From NCBI GenBank assembly GCA_903851045.1, contig CAINNF010000008.1:299-64298 (forward strand): a stretch of DNA of 64,000 nt, given 5' to 3'. Below the pieces are notes generated by a model. That model saw only the letters and a program-made list of their open reading frames with translations, was not told the origin of the DNA and searched no databases. This document shows, piece after piece, positions 1 to 9,528 of the stretch (position 1 is its first letter; every line of letters starts with the position of its first letter). Origin of the DNA: Candidatus Adlerbacteria bacterium (lineage in GTDB: Bacteria; Patescibacteriota; Minisyncoccia; Phycocordibacterales; SBAW01). Both the position numbers and the translations under genes were made by a program.

Positions 1-266
1 CTTGTACTAGACGGTACTTTGATATACACCACGTGGGGCGTGCGAACATCCGCACCTTCATCCGCCTCATCGATCCGTCGCTCCTTGCCAAAAAAAACAT
101 CGAGCGAGCTACGGCTCACCAACCAAGACCTGCCAGAAATAAAACCCTCGAGTTTCCCCTCTCTGCACAGACGAGTGACGTAGTCGTTCGACACTCGAAA
201 AAGTCGAGAAGCCTCCTTTGAGGAGACGTATTCATTCAAATTTTGCTGTAATCTTAGTTCGCTCAT
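1..266 (-). CDS. 5' part of an HTH (HTH_17/excisionase-like) domain protein, running off the window edge
   Basis: Not in the ORF track because there is no stop in the window. Manual translation from ATG 266 gives MSELRLQQNLNEYVSSKEASRLFRVSNDYVTRLCREGKLEGFISGRSWLVSRSSL..., open to base 1, a typical HTH_17 pattern. Confidence 0.8.
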   Translation of the reverse strand, partial: MSELRLQQNLNEYVSSKEASRLFRVSNDYVTRLCREGKLEGFISGRSWLVSRSSLDVFFGKERRIDEADEGADVRTPHVVYIKVPSST

Positions 267-789
267 TTCGCTTTCATTACAAGGCCAGTTCGCCGAGACG
301 ACCAGTGTTTTTTGCTATACAAAGAGTACCATTGGGTTATTTTTTTTTAAGAAAAAATTGCATTTTTTTTCTTCTACTGTGAAATATCAAAAATCGTTGG
401 TGCGTAATAGGTTCCAGAATAGCGTTTTTAAACCTTTTTTTTAAAAAACACAGTGCATGACAAGCAAAAGTAAATTGTGGCTATACTGCAGCGTGTTGGT
501 GCACATGAAAGAACCTCGTTCTATACGAGATATGTTGCTATATATTGATTTATCGCTTACTCGAGATAACGTTTTTATCTCGAAAATATAGGCTCTTCAA
601 TATCAAAAAATACTTAATAAAATCGAAAATGCCTCAATATAGTTATACACACTCAAACGGTACGTTTTGTTTGACAGGTTTTGCTTAGGACGGATTCTGA
701 ACGTTTGGGAGACCCAGTATGTCTGCACATCACAAAGATATCTGGTTTCGCTGATCGAACCTATCAGACCTTTTACGTACACTGGTGGT

Positions 790-977
790 ATTTGATTGAT
801 GATGACCCGCATCAGCGCATGGAGCTCTGATGCGGCCAAATCGGCAAGCACATCGTTACCAGTGAAGAACAGCCTGGGGGCCGCAACAACGTCGTTTTCG
901 TTCACGACTGGCATCACACCGTCCTTGAGCAGATTCTCGAAGCGGGTGTATGCAATACTCCTTGAGGGGGTGTACGC
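790..977 (-). pseudogene. Internal remnant of glutamate 5-kinase (ProB-like)
   Basis: TRFENLLKDGVMPVVNENDVVAAPRLFFTGNDVLADLAASELHA resembles the ProB motif LLxxGVIPIINENDTV...FGDNDxLAALVA. The N-terminus is absent and the sequence decays downstream. Confidence 0.7.
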
Positions 978-1364
978 CTATGCAATAGTCGGTAAGCCCC
1001 GTATCAACTCAACCACCGCGCCGGGGGTCACTTGTACTTTCTCTAAAAATGCTTGCGCGCCAAGTTGTATCGCTTTTGCCTTATTTTCGGGTGTCGCATC
1101 GTTCGAGAAGATGATGACAGGGACTGTCGAGAGTGTGTTGTCTTGTCTGAGCTTCTCAAGAACCTCAAAGCCGTCCATGTCCGGCATGGTGATATCAAGT
1201 AGTATCACGTTCGGCCGAGTCCCCTTCGCCAGGACATCGAACGCTACACGACCGCTCGAAGCATACACGCACGACATACCCTCTTGAGTTAATTTATTAC
1301 CGATCACATCGATAAAAACACTGTCATCATCGACACATAAAACGATTGGCTGTTGGGTGCTCAT
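978..1364 (-). CDS. Single-domain response regulator (receiver only)
   Basis: VDDD acidic pocket, LLDITMPDMDG phospho-Asp motif, conserved K near the C-terminus, and no output domain. Confidence 0.93.
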   Translation of the reverse strand: MSTQQPIVLCVDDDSVFIDVIGNKLTQEGMSCVYASSGRVAFDVLAKGTRPNVILLDITMPDMDGFEVLEKLRQDNTLSTVPVIIFSNDATPENKAKAIQLGAQAFLEKVQVTPGAVVELIRGLPTIA

Positions 1365-1396
1365 ACGGTAAGTATTTCATAGAAATAACGGGGGCG

Positions 1397-3040
1397 CTAG
1401 ACCTGTGCCGCAGATGCGCCAAGGGCGGGGATCTCAACTATGAATGTGGAACCGGTGCCCGACCCGCGCGATTGCGCATAGACACGGCCATGGTGGGCCT
1501 CGACGATGGATTTGACTATAAACAGCCCGTATCCTGTCGAGTGAGGGTTGATCTTGAGCGAATCAGTACCCCTCCCGCCCTCAGTGAACAGCTTCTGCAT
1601 GTCTGCGGGTAGAATACCCACACCCGAATCAGCCACCACCACGCGTACGACATCCACGTCCCGCTCAAGTCGTATCGTTATAGACCCTGTCGGGGTATAC
1701 CGAACGGCGTTGTCGATTAGATTATGTATCACGTGATTACCAAGCTGTCCTGGATCGCCCATTACCATATACGAACCCTCCGGCGCGACAAGGGTGTACT
1801 GCAACCCCTTCCCTTCTGCAGATGGACGCACGTCCTCGAACACCCGTTGCACCTCCGTCTTTAGATCAAAGGGCTGCATCGTAAAATTCGTTAACCCTTT
1901 CTTAAAACTTGCAGCTCCCAAGATCTCGGTCACCGTGGTGAGGCCTGTGTGCATCTCTTCGCGCTCCTGTGTCGCCAACTTCTTGAGCGCGGGCGAGATT
2001 GGCCCGTAGTCCTCCTCCGCGATAGCGGTAAACCCGACGAGGCTTTTGCCAAAATACCCCTTCACTTCGTGCGCGATAAAGTGGATGAGATTTTCTTGGT
2101 TGCGATTGGCGTCTTGGAGATTGGTGTTCACTACCTCGAGCTCTTTTTCTTGATGCTCAATTTGTTCGCGCGAGCGTACTTCATTTTTGACACTCCTGAC
2201 CAAAAAGAATCCTATAACGAGCATCGCCAGCAAAATGCCACCGTCGACGACACGAGCGTCCATTGATTCTTCGCCGAACATCTTCGCAAACAGTATCAAC
2301 TCGATCATTACTACGAGTGCCTGCGTGAGGATCACTTTGATATTGAAGAGTTGATAGGTCGTTATTGCGTACGCGGTGAGCGCTAAAAAGACGAGCGAGT
2401 ACAGTGGCGACAGCGGGAGGAACAGCATGGAGTTGAAGAAGACAAGCGGCACTAAGATCGTCACGATAATGAGCGTTAACATGACCAACACACCTATCAA
2501 CACGAGTCGAATTTGCTTTCGCACGACACCCGTTGCGCGCCAATACGCACGCGCCAGCAAGAGGCATGCCAGCAGGCTAAAGAATGTGGACAGAACAGAG
2601 AACGGTATCATGCCGACACCCACGAGCGGCTCTGGCACGCCATCGACGATATGCACACCAACGAACGCGTAGGGGGACGCATTGATGCCAGCAACAAGAG
2701 CGGTCGACACGATGGTGCACCACAGCCACCCTCGGTGCAACCGAAGAGTGGGCGACGGTAAGGTGTGTGCGAGGAGAAAAAAGAACGCGCTCATCAGTGC
2801 CGCAACCACGATACCAAACCGATGGAACAGAAGCGCCATCCCCAACACCAGTGGCTGACGCACCACATAGATATCCACCAACCAGAGCGTCGTGCACAAC
2901 GTGAGCAAAGCAAAGATACGATTCGTCGCACTGTGCGTATCGCTGCGGTACACCGCAACAGCAAGAAATACGTTCGCAACGATTGCGATGGTCAACACTA
3001 CCGTGTACAACAACGTGTCGTGTATGAAGAGTGTCGACAT
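1397..3040 (-). CDS. Sensor histidine kinase with N-terminal multi-TM (HisKA_7TM-like) domain
   Basis: About 280 aa hydrophobic N-terminus, H-box FIAHEVKG, N-box NLIDNAVRYT, G1 DSGVGI, G2 STGYGLFIVK. Confidence 0.93.
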   Translation of the reverse strand: MSTLFIHDTLLYTVVLTIAIVANVFLAVAVYRSDTHSATNRIFALLTLCTTLWLVDIYVVRQPLVLGMALLFHRFGIVVAALMSAFFFLLAHTLPSPTLRLHRGWLWCTIVSTALVAGINASPYAFVGVHIVDGVPEPLVGVGMIPFSVLSTFFSLLACLLLARAYWRATGVVRKQIRLVLIGVLVMLTLIIVTILVPLVFFNSMLFLPLSPLYSLVFLALTAYAITTYQLFNIKVILTQALVVMIELILFAKMFGEESMDARVVDGGILLAMLVIGFFLVRSVKNEVRSREQIEHQEKELEVVNTNLQDANRNQENLIHFIAHEVKGYFGKSLVGFTAIAEEDYGPISPALKKLATQEREEMHTGLTTVTEILGAASFKKGLTNFTMQPFDLKTEVQRVFEDVRPSAEGKGLQYTLVAPEGSYMVMGDPGQLGNHVIHNLIDNAVRYTPTGSITIRLERDVDVVRVVVADSGVGILPADMQKLFTEGGRGTDSLKINPHSTGYGLFIVKSIVEAHHGRVYAQSRGSGTGSTFIVEIPALGASAAQV

Positions 3041-3042
3041 GG

Positions 3043-4107
3043 TTAGTGGGTCGCGTCGCGTATCGTTGGCGGCAACTTGAAAGCGTGTGCGGATGGTGCA
3101 GCGCCATATCCCATGCGCACGATCATCGCGATATGCTCGGACGGGTGTACGGTGCCGAGCGTACGAATCTGCTCATCACACGCCAGTATCAGCTCCTGTT
3201 GCTGCGATGATAAATCTCCCGCATCATGCGCCCGCACGCGCTGCGCCAAATATGGAAGCGCGGTGACCGGCTGCATCGACACGCCCACGCTCGTCGCGGT
3301 CAGCCACAGTCGTTGGAGCGCCCTGCCCGCCTCGAGGAATTGGTCATCGGTATCCGCGGGAATCGTGAGTATTCCGATAGCCGAAGACGCTGCGTAGACT
3401 CGAGCACTTTGTGTGGCAATCGATTGTGAGAGTCCGAACCGATTTAAAAATCGTACCACCATCCAGTGACGCAACACGTACTGCAGTAACACACGTACCG
3501 GTGCCGGAAACTCCATCGTCTTCACGTACATACCCGGAGTTCGACGCTCTTGCGCACGTGTCCAGCGAATGACTCCAAACAAAAATGCATGCAGCGGACG
3601 ATACTCCATCAACAATTGTTCGTTCATACTAAACGTCCGCGCGAGTGTCTCCACCGCGTCGCTATCTTCCACGAGACGCACTGTCACTGAGGGAGTCGCG
3701 TGCACCGAATCCAGCAGTGCGTGGCGATGTGCATCATTAAGAGGCTCGGCACGGTACGACTTGCGATTGGTCGACCGGTGTTGGATCGCCTCACACAGTG
3801 GCTCCACGGTGGGCATCGCGGGCGAGAAGGTCAGCCGAGCGGTGGCGTGTGGGGCAGGAGGAAACGGTTCTATCGCGACCGCATACCCAGCCTGTGCGGC
3901 AAGCAGCCGTATGTTCTCGACGACCGCACCGTGGCCAACATACGAGCCGCGTTCCTTAAAGTTGTATAGCGTACCGTCTCGCTTAGGGACATTGTAAAGC
4001 GTCACGTCGCGGTCGGTAATGACGAATTCCCACGGCTGCGTGTTGTCCCCCGATGGGGCGTGCACTGCGCGCTGGAGTATGTTGTGCAACGTGCCATATG
4101 CAGGCAT
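3043..4107 (-). CDS. Nitroreductase-fold FMN oxidoreductase (Acg/Rv1355c C-terminal-like)
   Basis: AVHAPSGDNTQPWEF, RSTNRK, AGRALQRLWLTAT and RMGY motifs. Confidence 0.88.
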   Translation of the reverse strand: MPAYGTLHNILQRAVHAPSGDNTQPWEFVITDRDVTLYNVPKRDGTLYNFKERGSYVGHGAVVENIRLLAAQAGYAVAIEPFPPAPHATARLTFSPAMPTVEPLCEAIQHRSTNRKSYRAEPLNDAHRHALLDSVHATPSVTVRLVEDSDAVETLARTFSMNEQLLMEYRPLHAFLFGVIRWTRAQERRTPGMYVKTMEFPAPVRVLLQYVLRHWMVVRFLNRFGLSQSIATQSARVYAASSAIGILTIPADTDDQFLEAGRALQRLWLTATSVGVSMQPVTALPYLAQRVRAHDAGDLSSQQQELILACDEQIRTLGTVHPSEHIAMIVRMGYGAAPSAHAFKLPPTIRDATH

Positions 4108-4136
4108 GGCTGTAGTATACTACGGGTGTAGGCGCC
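4108..4136. promoter_or_regulatory. Putative bidirectional promoter in a 29-bp divergent gap
   Basis: Perfect palindrome GTAGTATACTAC (4112-4123) gives TATACT on both strands, 6 nt before ATG 4107 and 15 nt before ATG 4137. Confidence 0.6.
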
Positions 4137-5600
4137 ATGGCATCACCCGCACGCACACGCACCTCGACCCACCAAACGAAGAGGGTGACAGACTCCTTCG
4201 AAAACGCTCTTTCACTATTTCATGAGACGTCGCAGCGCGTGCCAGCATACAAAGATTTTTTACGTAAAGCGAAGATACGCCCCGACCGTATCAAGACTCT
4301 ATCTGATTTCGCTCACATTCCGCCAACCGACAAGCAAAACTATATCTTGACATACGATCTGCAAGATCTCTCGTGGGACGGTACCCTCGACGGCACAAAG
4401 TACATCTCTTCAAGTTCTGGTTCGACGGGTACTCCCCTCTATTGGCCGCGAGGCGATGTGCAAGGTGACGCCGCGGGACGTATCTCACAGCGCGTCTACG
4501 AAAACATCTTCGATACGAAACATGGCACTACTCTGTGCATCAATCTGTTTGGATTGGGTACGTGGATAGCAGGTCTCGAGTTCTATAACGCGGCAAAATA
4601 TGTCGCGGATCATGGGAACCGTATCAGTATCGCAACGCCCGGCATTGAAAAAGAGGTCGCGATCGACACCATCAAGCGTCTCGCGCCGTCGTTCGACCGC
4701 ATCGTGCTGATGGGATATCCGCCGTTCATCAAAGACGTGCTCGAGACTTGTGCGGCCGAGGGCATCGAGTGGCCAACATATGATGTACGACTACTCACCG
4801 GGGGCGAATCCTTCAGCGAGCGATGGCGCGACCGCGTACTCACACTCATCGGGAAGCCACACTCGCTCACACACGTCATCAACGCCTATGGTATGGCCGA
4901 AAGTGGCATCATCGGACACGAGACACCGCTCTCGCTCCTTGCCCGACGCGCCAGCCCCTCCATCCCCACGTTGGCTGAGCGATTCGCCTACGAAGGTACC
5001 ACTGCGGCGCTCTATCAGTACGATCCGCGACTGCGCTACTTTGAAGTCGGTCACAACGACACACTGATACTGACAACTCGCGCGGGACTCCCGCTTGTCC
5101 GATACAACACGCGTGACCAAGGCGGCATCATAGCGCACGGCGACATGGCAACGCACCTCGCGTCGTTGTCGGTACCTGCACCGAACCTGTTGCGAGCCAC
5201 ACCGTGGCGGTTACCGTTCGTGTATCTCTACGGACGCCGCGATCTCTCGATCTCATTTTATGCACTCAATATATATGTCGAGAATGTGAAGTACGCCTTC
5301 GAGACGTGTGCCGCGTCGCACCAGCTGTCTGGACTCTTTGTCATGCAGATCGAACATACACGCGACCTCGACCAACGGTTCACCATTACTGCCGAACTTG
5401 GACGCGAAGCGCAGCCGCACCCAACATTGACACGCGAAGTCACCACACACCTCGTGCGCGCACTACGCTCGGTGAATACGGAGTACGCGAAGCTCCACGC
5501 GTCTATCGGCCAACGCGCGGTACCGAAGGTGCGCATGGTACGCTACGGAGAGATAGACACCTTCCCCGGCAGGAAACATCGTTGGATCAAACGGGTGTAA
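4137..5600 (+). CDS. Phenylacetate-CoA ligase (PaaK)-like adenylate-forming enzyme
   Basis: SSSSGSTGTP P-loop, TGGE, YGMAE, RYNTRD and GRRD ANL-family motifs. Confidence 0.88.
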   Translation: MASPARTRTSTHQTKRVTDSFENALSLFHETSQRVPAYKDFLRKAKIRPDRIKTLSDFAHIPPTDKQNYILTYDLQDLSWDGTLDGTKYISSSSGSTGTPLYWPRGDVQGDAAGRISQRVYENIFDTKHGTTLCINLFGLGTWIAGLEFYNAAKYVADHGNRISIATPGIEKEVAIDTIKRLAPSFDRIVLMGYPPFIKDVLETCAAEGIEWPTYDVRLLTGGESFSERWRDRVLTLIGKPHSLTHVINAYGMAESGIIGHETPLSLLARRASPSIPTLAERFAYEGTTAALYQYDPRLRYFEVGHNDTLILTTRAGLPLVRYNTRDQGGIIAHGDMATHLASLSVPAPNLLRATPWRLPFVYLYGRRDLSISFYALNIYVENVKYAFETCAASHQLSGLFVMQIEHTRDLDQRFTITAELGREAQPHPTLTREVTTHLVRALRSVNTEYAKLHASIGQRAVPKVRMVRYGEIDTFPGRKHRWIKRV

Positions 5601-6621
5601 ACGCCGACTCCAACCCCATCACATATCGACCCGACGGCATCGGGAGGTCATTGGTGATACGACGCACCACGTATGCGACCGCTGCCCCCGCCATGACCGC
5701 GGCGGTGCCGAGCTGCGGAACACCCGAGAGCGTCTTCCCTATCTGAGTAATCGAGTCCCACTGTCGCATGGTGAAATACTTCGGGTCGATGATCTCGTTG
5801 GCCATCGCGATAAACTTCTCGCGCGTAATGTGCTCCAACTCCGCTTCGGCGAAATGTACGCGCCCATGGAAAATGGGCCGCCCGGGCTCTTGGTCAAACC
5901 GCTCGACGTCGATGATAATGCTGTCGCCGTTGTCGGTCACCATCACGACCGGTATACCCAGCTCTTGGCACACGACGCGCGAACGCAGCTTCATCTTGAT
6001 ATCGTCCATCTCGTCGACAAACACGTCGAGCCGTGGCGACCCCATAAATTGCTGCAACGTGTCGTGCGTCACGCCCGCTGGCCACTGCTCGAGAGTAATA
6101 AACGGATCCACCTCCCATGCGGCGCGCGCAGCGATAGTGACCTTACTTTCGCCGACATCAAGCAGCGTCGCGCGGATGCGATTGAGATTCGTGATTTCTA
6201 AGATGTCCGGGTCAGCGATCTTGATATGCTGTGGGCCACCGGTCGCCACCAATGCACCGAGCGCCGCCGAACCAACCGACAACCCCGCAATGCCGACCGT
6301 CGCTGCACGATAGCGCTCTTGCTCTGTTGGAGTAATCAAATTGCGATTGCGCGCGGTGCGGAGCCGGTGGTAGAGAGCATCGCTTGGCGTATGCACCGCC
6401 ACATCGCGCCACGGATAGTACACCCACACGCCCGCGTCGGTATGCTCGCGGATAAAAGATTCGACCACACTCGTGTCCGCAGCACTCTTAGATACCTCGG
6501 GATGCTCGATAAAAAATAATTCGCCCAAAGCGCTGTGCATCACATCCATACGTCGAGCACTCGCTGGCACCGCTGACTCAGTAGTAAAAAACACCGGCCT
6601 CTGCGCTGACGTTGTCTCCAT
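5587..6621 (-). CDS. ThiF-family adenylyltransferase (Rv1355c/MoeY-type)
   Basis: WVYYPWR, RTARNRNLIT, GIAGLSVG, DPDILEITNLNRI, DEMDD and PQL motifs. Start moved to ATG 6621, which has TATACT 6 nt upstream. Confidence 0.9.
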   Translation of the reverse strand: METTSAQRPVFFTTESAVPASARRMDVMHSALGELFFIEHPEVSKSAADTSVVESFIREHTDAGVWVYYPWRDVAVHTPSDALYHRLRTARNRNLITPTEQERYRAATVGIAGLSVGSAALGALVATGGPQHIKIADPDILEITNLNRIRATLLDVGESKVTIAARAAWEVDPFITLEQWPAGVTHDTLQQFMGSPRLDVFVDEMDDIKMKLRSRVVCQELGIPVVMVTDNGDSIIIDVERFDQEPGRPIFHGRVHFAEAELEHITREKFIAMANEIIDPKYFTMRQWDSITQIGKTLSGVPQLGTAAVMAGAAVAYVVRRITNDLPMPSGRYVMGLESAFTPV

Positions 6622-6649
6622 GCGCACAGTATACACCGACTCCACATCG

Positions 6650-6872
6650 CAGAGCACGCTGGTGTTGGGCGCACAATCATCTCGACCAGATTACTGACAC
6701 CGTGTGGCGCGATAAGCGTAACATCTCCATCACTGGTGGTTACGGCGACGACGGTTGCTGTCTCTGGCCATGTCGAGATAGCATCTGACGAAGAGGCGAA
6801 CGGGGAGGAGCCATTGACGACATGCATCCTCGCTTCGTTTTTGCACGACCGTGCGATATCGAATTGACGAAA
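6650..6872 (-). pseudogene. C-terminal remnant of a DUF925 (NTP_transf_6) nucleotidyltransferase
   Basis: RSCKNEARMHVVNGSSPFASSSDAISTWPETAT...IAPHGVSNLVEMIVRPTP resembles the family pattern WSVKNQARMH...DAI..WPETAT...APxGL.DL...VRPTP. The N-terminal half is absent. Confidence 0.75.
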
Positions 6873-9392
6873 CTACCTCCCCGCCATCAGTCGCCGATGC
6901 TCTTCGGTATTCTTCATGCCGCAGTTCTTCCATTTCTTGCCTGAACCACAGAGGCAAGGGTCGTTCCTGCCCAGCGTCGCTTCAGTTGAGTTGGGGTTAC
7001 CACTGGTGGCACCCACGTCGATAACCTCTCCGTTCGAAAGTTCTATCGTGGTGCTCGGGATCGGTTGTGCTATATGCGACGGCACCTGCTCGACCACCTG
7101 TGCCGACAGCCCCATAAGGAGCGTGAAGACGCGGTCGACGAGCATCGCTTCCATCTGCTTATATATCCTTGTCCCCTCTTTGCGATACTCAGTGAGCGGG
7201 TCGCGTTGCCCATAGGCGCGCAGATTGACCGAGCCGCGCAAGTACTCCATCGACTCGAGATGCTCGACCCAGAGCAGGTCGAGCGTCTGGAGTATCGCAC
7301 CACGCATCGAAAAGAGAAGCGGTTCGCGACCAAGCTCGTCCAACTTTTTTTGCAACAACTCTTTCGCCTCTACGTGCTCACCTGCGAGCTCCCAGAGCAC
7401 ACTCTCGACATCGTCGAGCGTGCCGATGAGTATCTTGTGGCGACGATCATAGACGGCGCGGCGCTGCTTGTCGAGGATGTTGTCGTATTCCAACACGTGC
7501 TTTCGTGCGTCGAAGTTGAACCCTTCGATCTTCGTCTGAGCGCTCTCCAGTGCTCGACTGACCATCGAATTTTCTATCGGTTCGTCCTCGGGGATACCGA
7601 AGCGCCCCATAAGCCCCTTGAGCGAGTCGGGAGCGAAGACGCGCATAAGGTTGTCCTCCAGTGAGACGAAAAACTGTGTCTCGCCTGGGTCGCCTTGTCG
7701 GCCCGCGCGGCCGCGCAGCTGGTTGTCGATGCGACGCGCTTCGTGACGCTCGGTACCGAGCACGAAGAGGCCCCCGAGCGACTTTATCTCCTGCGCCTCC
7801 TCTGGCGTCGCCAGGGGCCCACCGAGCTTGATGTCGACACCACGACCTGCGATGTTCGTCGCGACCGTGACCTTGCCTCGCTTACCGGCAGCAGCGATGA
7901 TCTCGCCCTCGCGTTCGTGGTTCTTGGCATTGAGTATCTCGTGCGGGATCCCTTCGCGCTTGAGGTATGCGGACAGGAGTTCGTTCTTCTCGATCGAGAC
8001 GGTGCCGACCAGCACCGGCTGTCCCTTCTCATGCAGTGCCTTGATCTGACGAGCAAGCGCCTGGAACTTGCCCTTCTCGGTCTGAAAGATGAGGTCGTTA
8101 CGGTCGATGCGCTTCACCTCGCGGTTGGTCGGTATCTCGACGACATCGAGTTGATACACCTTGTAGAACTCCTCCGACGAGGTCTTCGCGGTACCCGTCA
8201 TGCCCGCGAGCTTGTCGTATAATCTAAAATAGTTTTGGTATGTGATGGAGGCATAGGTGCGCGATTCCTTTTGGACCGCGACCCCTTCTTTTGCCTCGAT
8301 CGCTTGATGGAGGCCCTCGGACCAGCGTCTCCCCGGCTGCATGTGGCCGGTCGCTTCGTCGACGATGATGACCTCGTTGTTCTTAACGACATACTCTTTA
8401 TCATGACGAAAGAGCGCCTTGGCACGGACCGCTGTCTCGAGGTGGTGCACGAGCTTGATGCCGTGTTCGGTGTAGATATTATCAACCCCGAGCAGCTTCT
8501 CGGCATGTTCGATACCGTGGTCGGTCAGCTGGATCGCCTTGAGCTTCTCGTCGACCGTATAGTCCTCCTCGGGAACAAGCTTGGCTGCGATGTCGGCGAA
8601 CTTTCGGTAGAGATCCTCGGACTCCGCGGTCGGTGCGGAGATGATGAGCGGTGTACGAGCCTCGTCGATAAGGATAGAGTCGATCTCGTCGACGACCGCG
8701 AAGTAGTGGCCGCGCTGGCGAAGTTCGTTGGTGTCGTACGAGATATTGTCGCGCAGGTAGTCGAAGCCGAACTCCGAGTTCGTACCGTAGGTGATATCCG
8801 CCTCGTACGCCTTGGCGCGCGAGATGGGGCGCATGAACTCATGGAAGACGCGGAAGCTCCCCTCCTCATCACGCATAGCGTCGAGTTCGGTATGCGACGG
8901 GTCATAGAGGTATGAGGCGTCGTGATTGATGATGCCGACCGACATACCGAGTGCCGCATAGACCTGGCCCATCCACACCGCATCGCGTCGCGCGAGATAG
9001 TCGTTAACGGTCACCACGTGCACTCCCTTGCCCGCAAGCGCATTGAGATAGACCGGCAGTGTCGCGACGAGCGTCTTACCCTCTCCCGTCTTCATCTCCG
9101 CTATGCCGCGGTTGTGGAGCGTTATACCGCCGATCATCTGCACATCGAAGTGGCGCAACTTCACGGTGCGGCGTGCCGATTCGCGCACCGCAGCGAACGC
9201 CTCGGGTAGGAGGTCCTCGATGGTCTCGCCTTCGGTCAGGCGATTGCGAAACCCCTGCGTCATATCGCGCAAGGCTTCATCCGAAAGCGCCTGCATGTGA
9301 GGCTCCAGCGCACTGATACCGTCTACCGTTTTAGCATGCTGGCGAAGGGTTTTTTTGCCCTCATCGCCGAAAAGGTTCGAAAGTTTGAACAT
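6873..9392 (-). CDS. secA: Preprotein translocase ATPase SecA
   Basis: MKTGEGKT, VDEIDSILIDEARTPLIIS, QLRGRAGRQGDPG and C-terminal SEC-C GRNDPCLCGSGKK. Start placed at ATG 9392. Confidence 0.99.
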   Translation of the reverse strand: MFKLSNLFGDEGKKTLRQHAKTVDGISALEPHMQALSDEALRDMTQGFRNRLTEGETIEDLLPEAFAAVRESARRTVKLRHFDVQMIGGITLHNRGIAEMKTGEGKTLVATLPVYLNALAGKGVHVVTVNDYLARRDAVWMGQVYAALGMSVGIINHDASYLYDPSHTELDAMRDEEGSFRVFHEFMRPISRAKAYEADITYGTNSEFGFDYLRDNISYDTNELRQRGHYFAVVDEIDSILIDEARTPLIISAPTAESEDLYRKFADIAAKLVPEEDYTVDEKLKAIQLTDHGIEHAEKLLGVDNIYTEHGIKLVHHLETAVRAKALFRHDKEYVVKNNEVIIVDEATGHMQPGRRWSEGLHQAIEAKEGVAVQKESRTYASITYQNYFRLYDKLAGMTGTAKTSSEEFYKVYQLDVVEIPTNREVKRIDRNDLIFQTEKGKFQALARQIKALHEKGQPVLVGTVSIEKNELLSAYLKREGIPHEILNAKNHEREGEIIAAAGKRGKVTVATNIAGRGVDIKLGGPLATPEEAQEIKSLGGLFVLGTERHEARRIDNQLRGRAGRQGDPGETQFFVSLEDNLMRVFAPDSLKGLMGRFGIPEDEPIENSMVSRALESAQTKIEGFNFDARKHVLEYDNILDKQRRAVYDRRHKILIGTLDDVESVLWELAGEHVEAKELLQKKLDELGREPLLFSMRGAILQTLDLLWVEHLESMEYLRGSVNLRAYGQRDPLTEYRKEGTRIYKQMEAMLVDRVFTLLMGLSAQVVEQVPSHIAQPIPSTTIELSNGEVIDVGATSGNPNSTEATLGRNDPCLCGSGKKWKNCGMKNTEEHRRLMAGR

Positions 9393-9447
9393 GGAGAGAT
9401 AGTACCACACTACGCCATCCTTCGCTAAAGCTACGACGTGGTTACAT

Positions 9448-9483
9448 AAGGAAAATCCCCCTTTTGACAGGGGGATTTTCCTT
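9448..9483. terminator. 14-bp perfect hairpin, likely intrinsic terminator
   Basis: AAGGAAAATCCCCC / GGGGGATTTTCCTT, downstream of the small peptide ORF on the minus strand. Confidence 0.75.
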
Positions 9484-9528
9484 CCGAGAGGATGCTCTGG
9501 CATAAGGCCAGAGGAAGAACTCCGCGAT

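Noticed and set aside
33-221. Plus-strand 62-aa ORF or an ncRNA at the window start
   Set aside because: The minus strand encodes a convincing HTH protein over the same bases.
790-6875. Amber readthrough or recoding, since both relics follow a TAG in frame
   Set aside because: SecA and the receiver are complete at their TAG, the relics are truncated and decayed, and two in-frame cases arise by chance about 1 time in 9.
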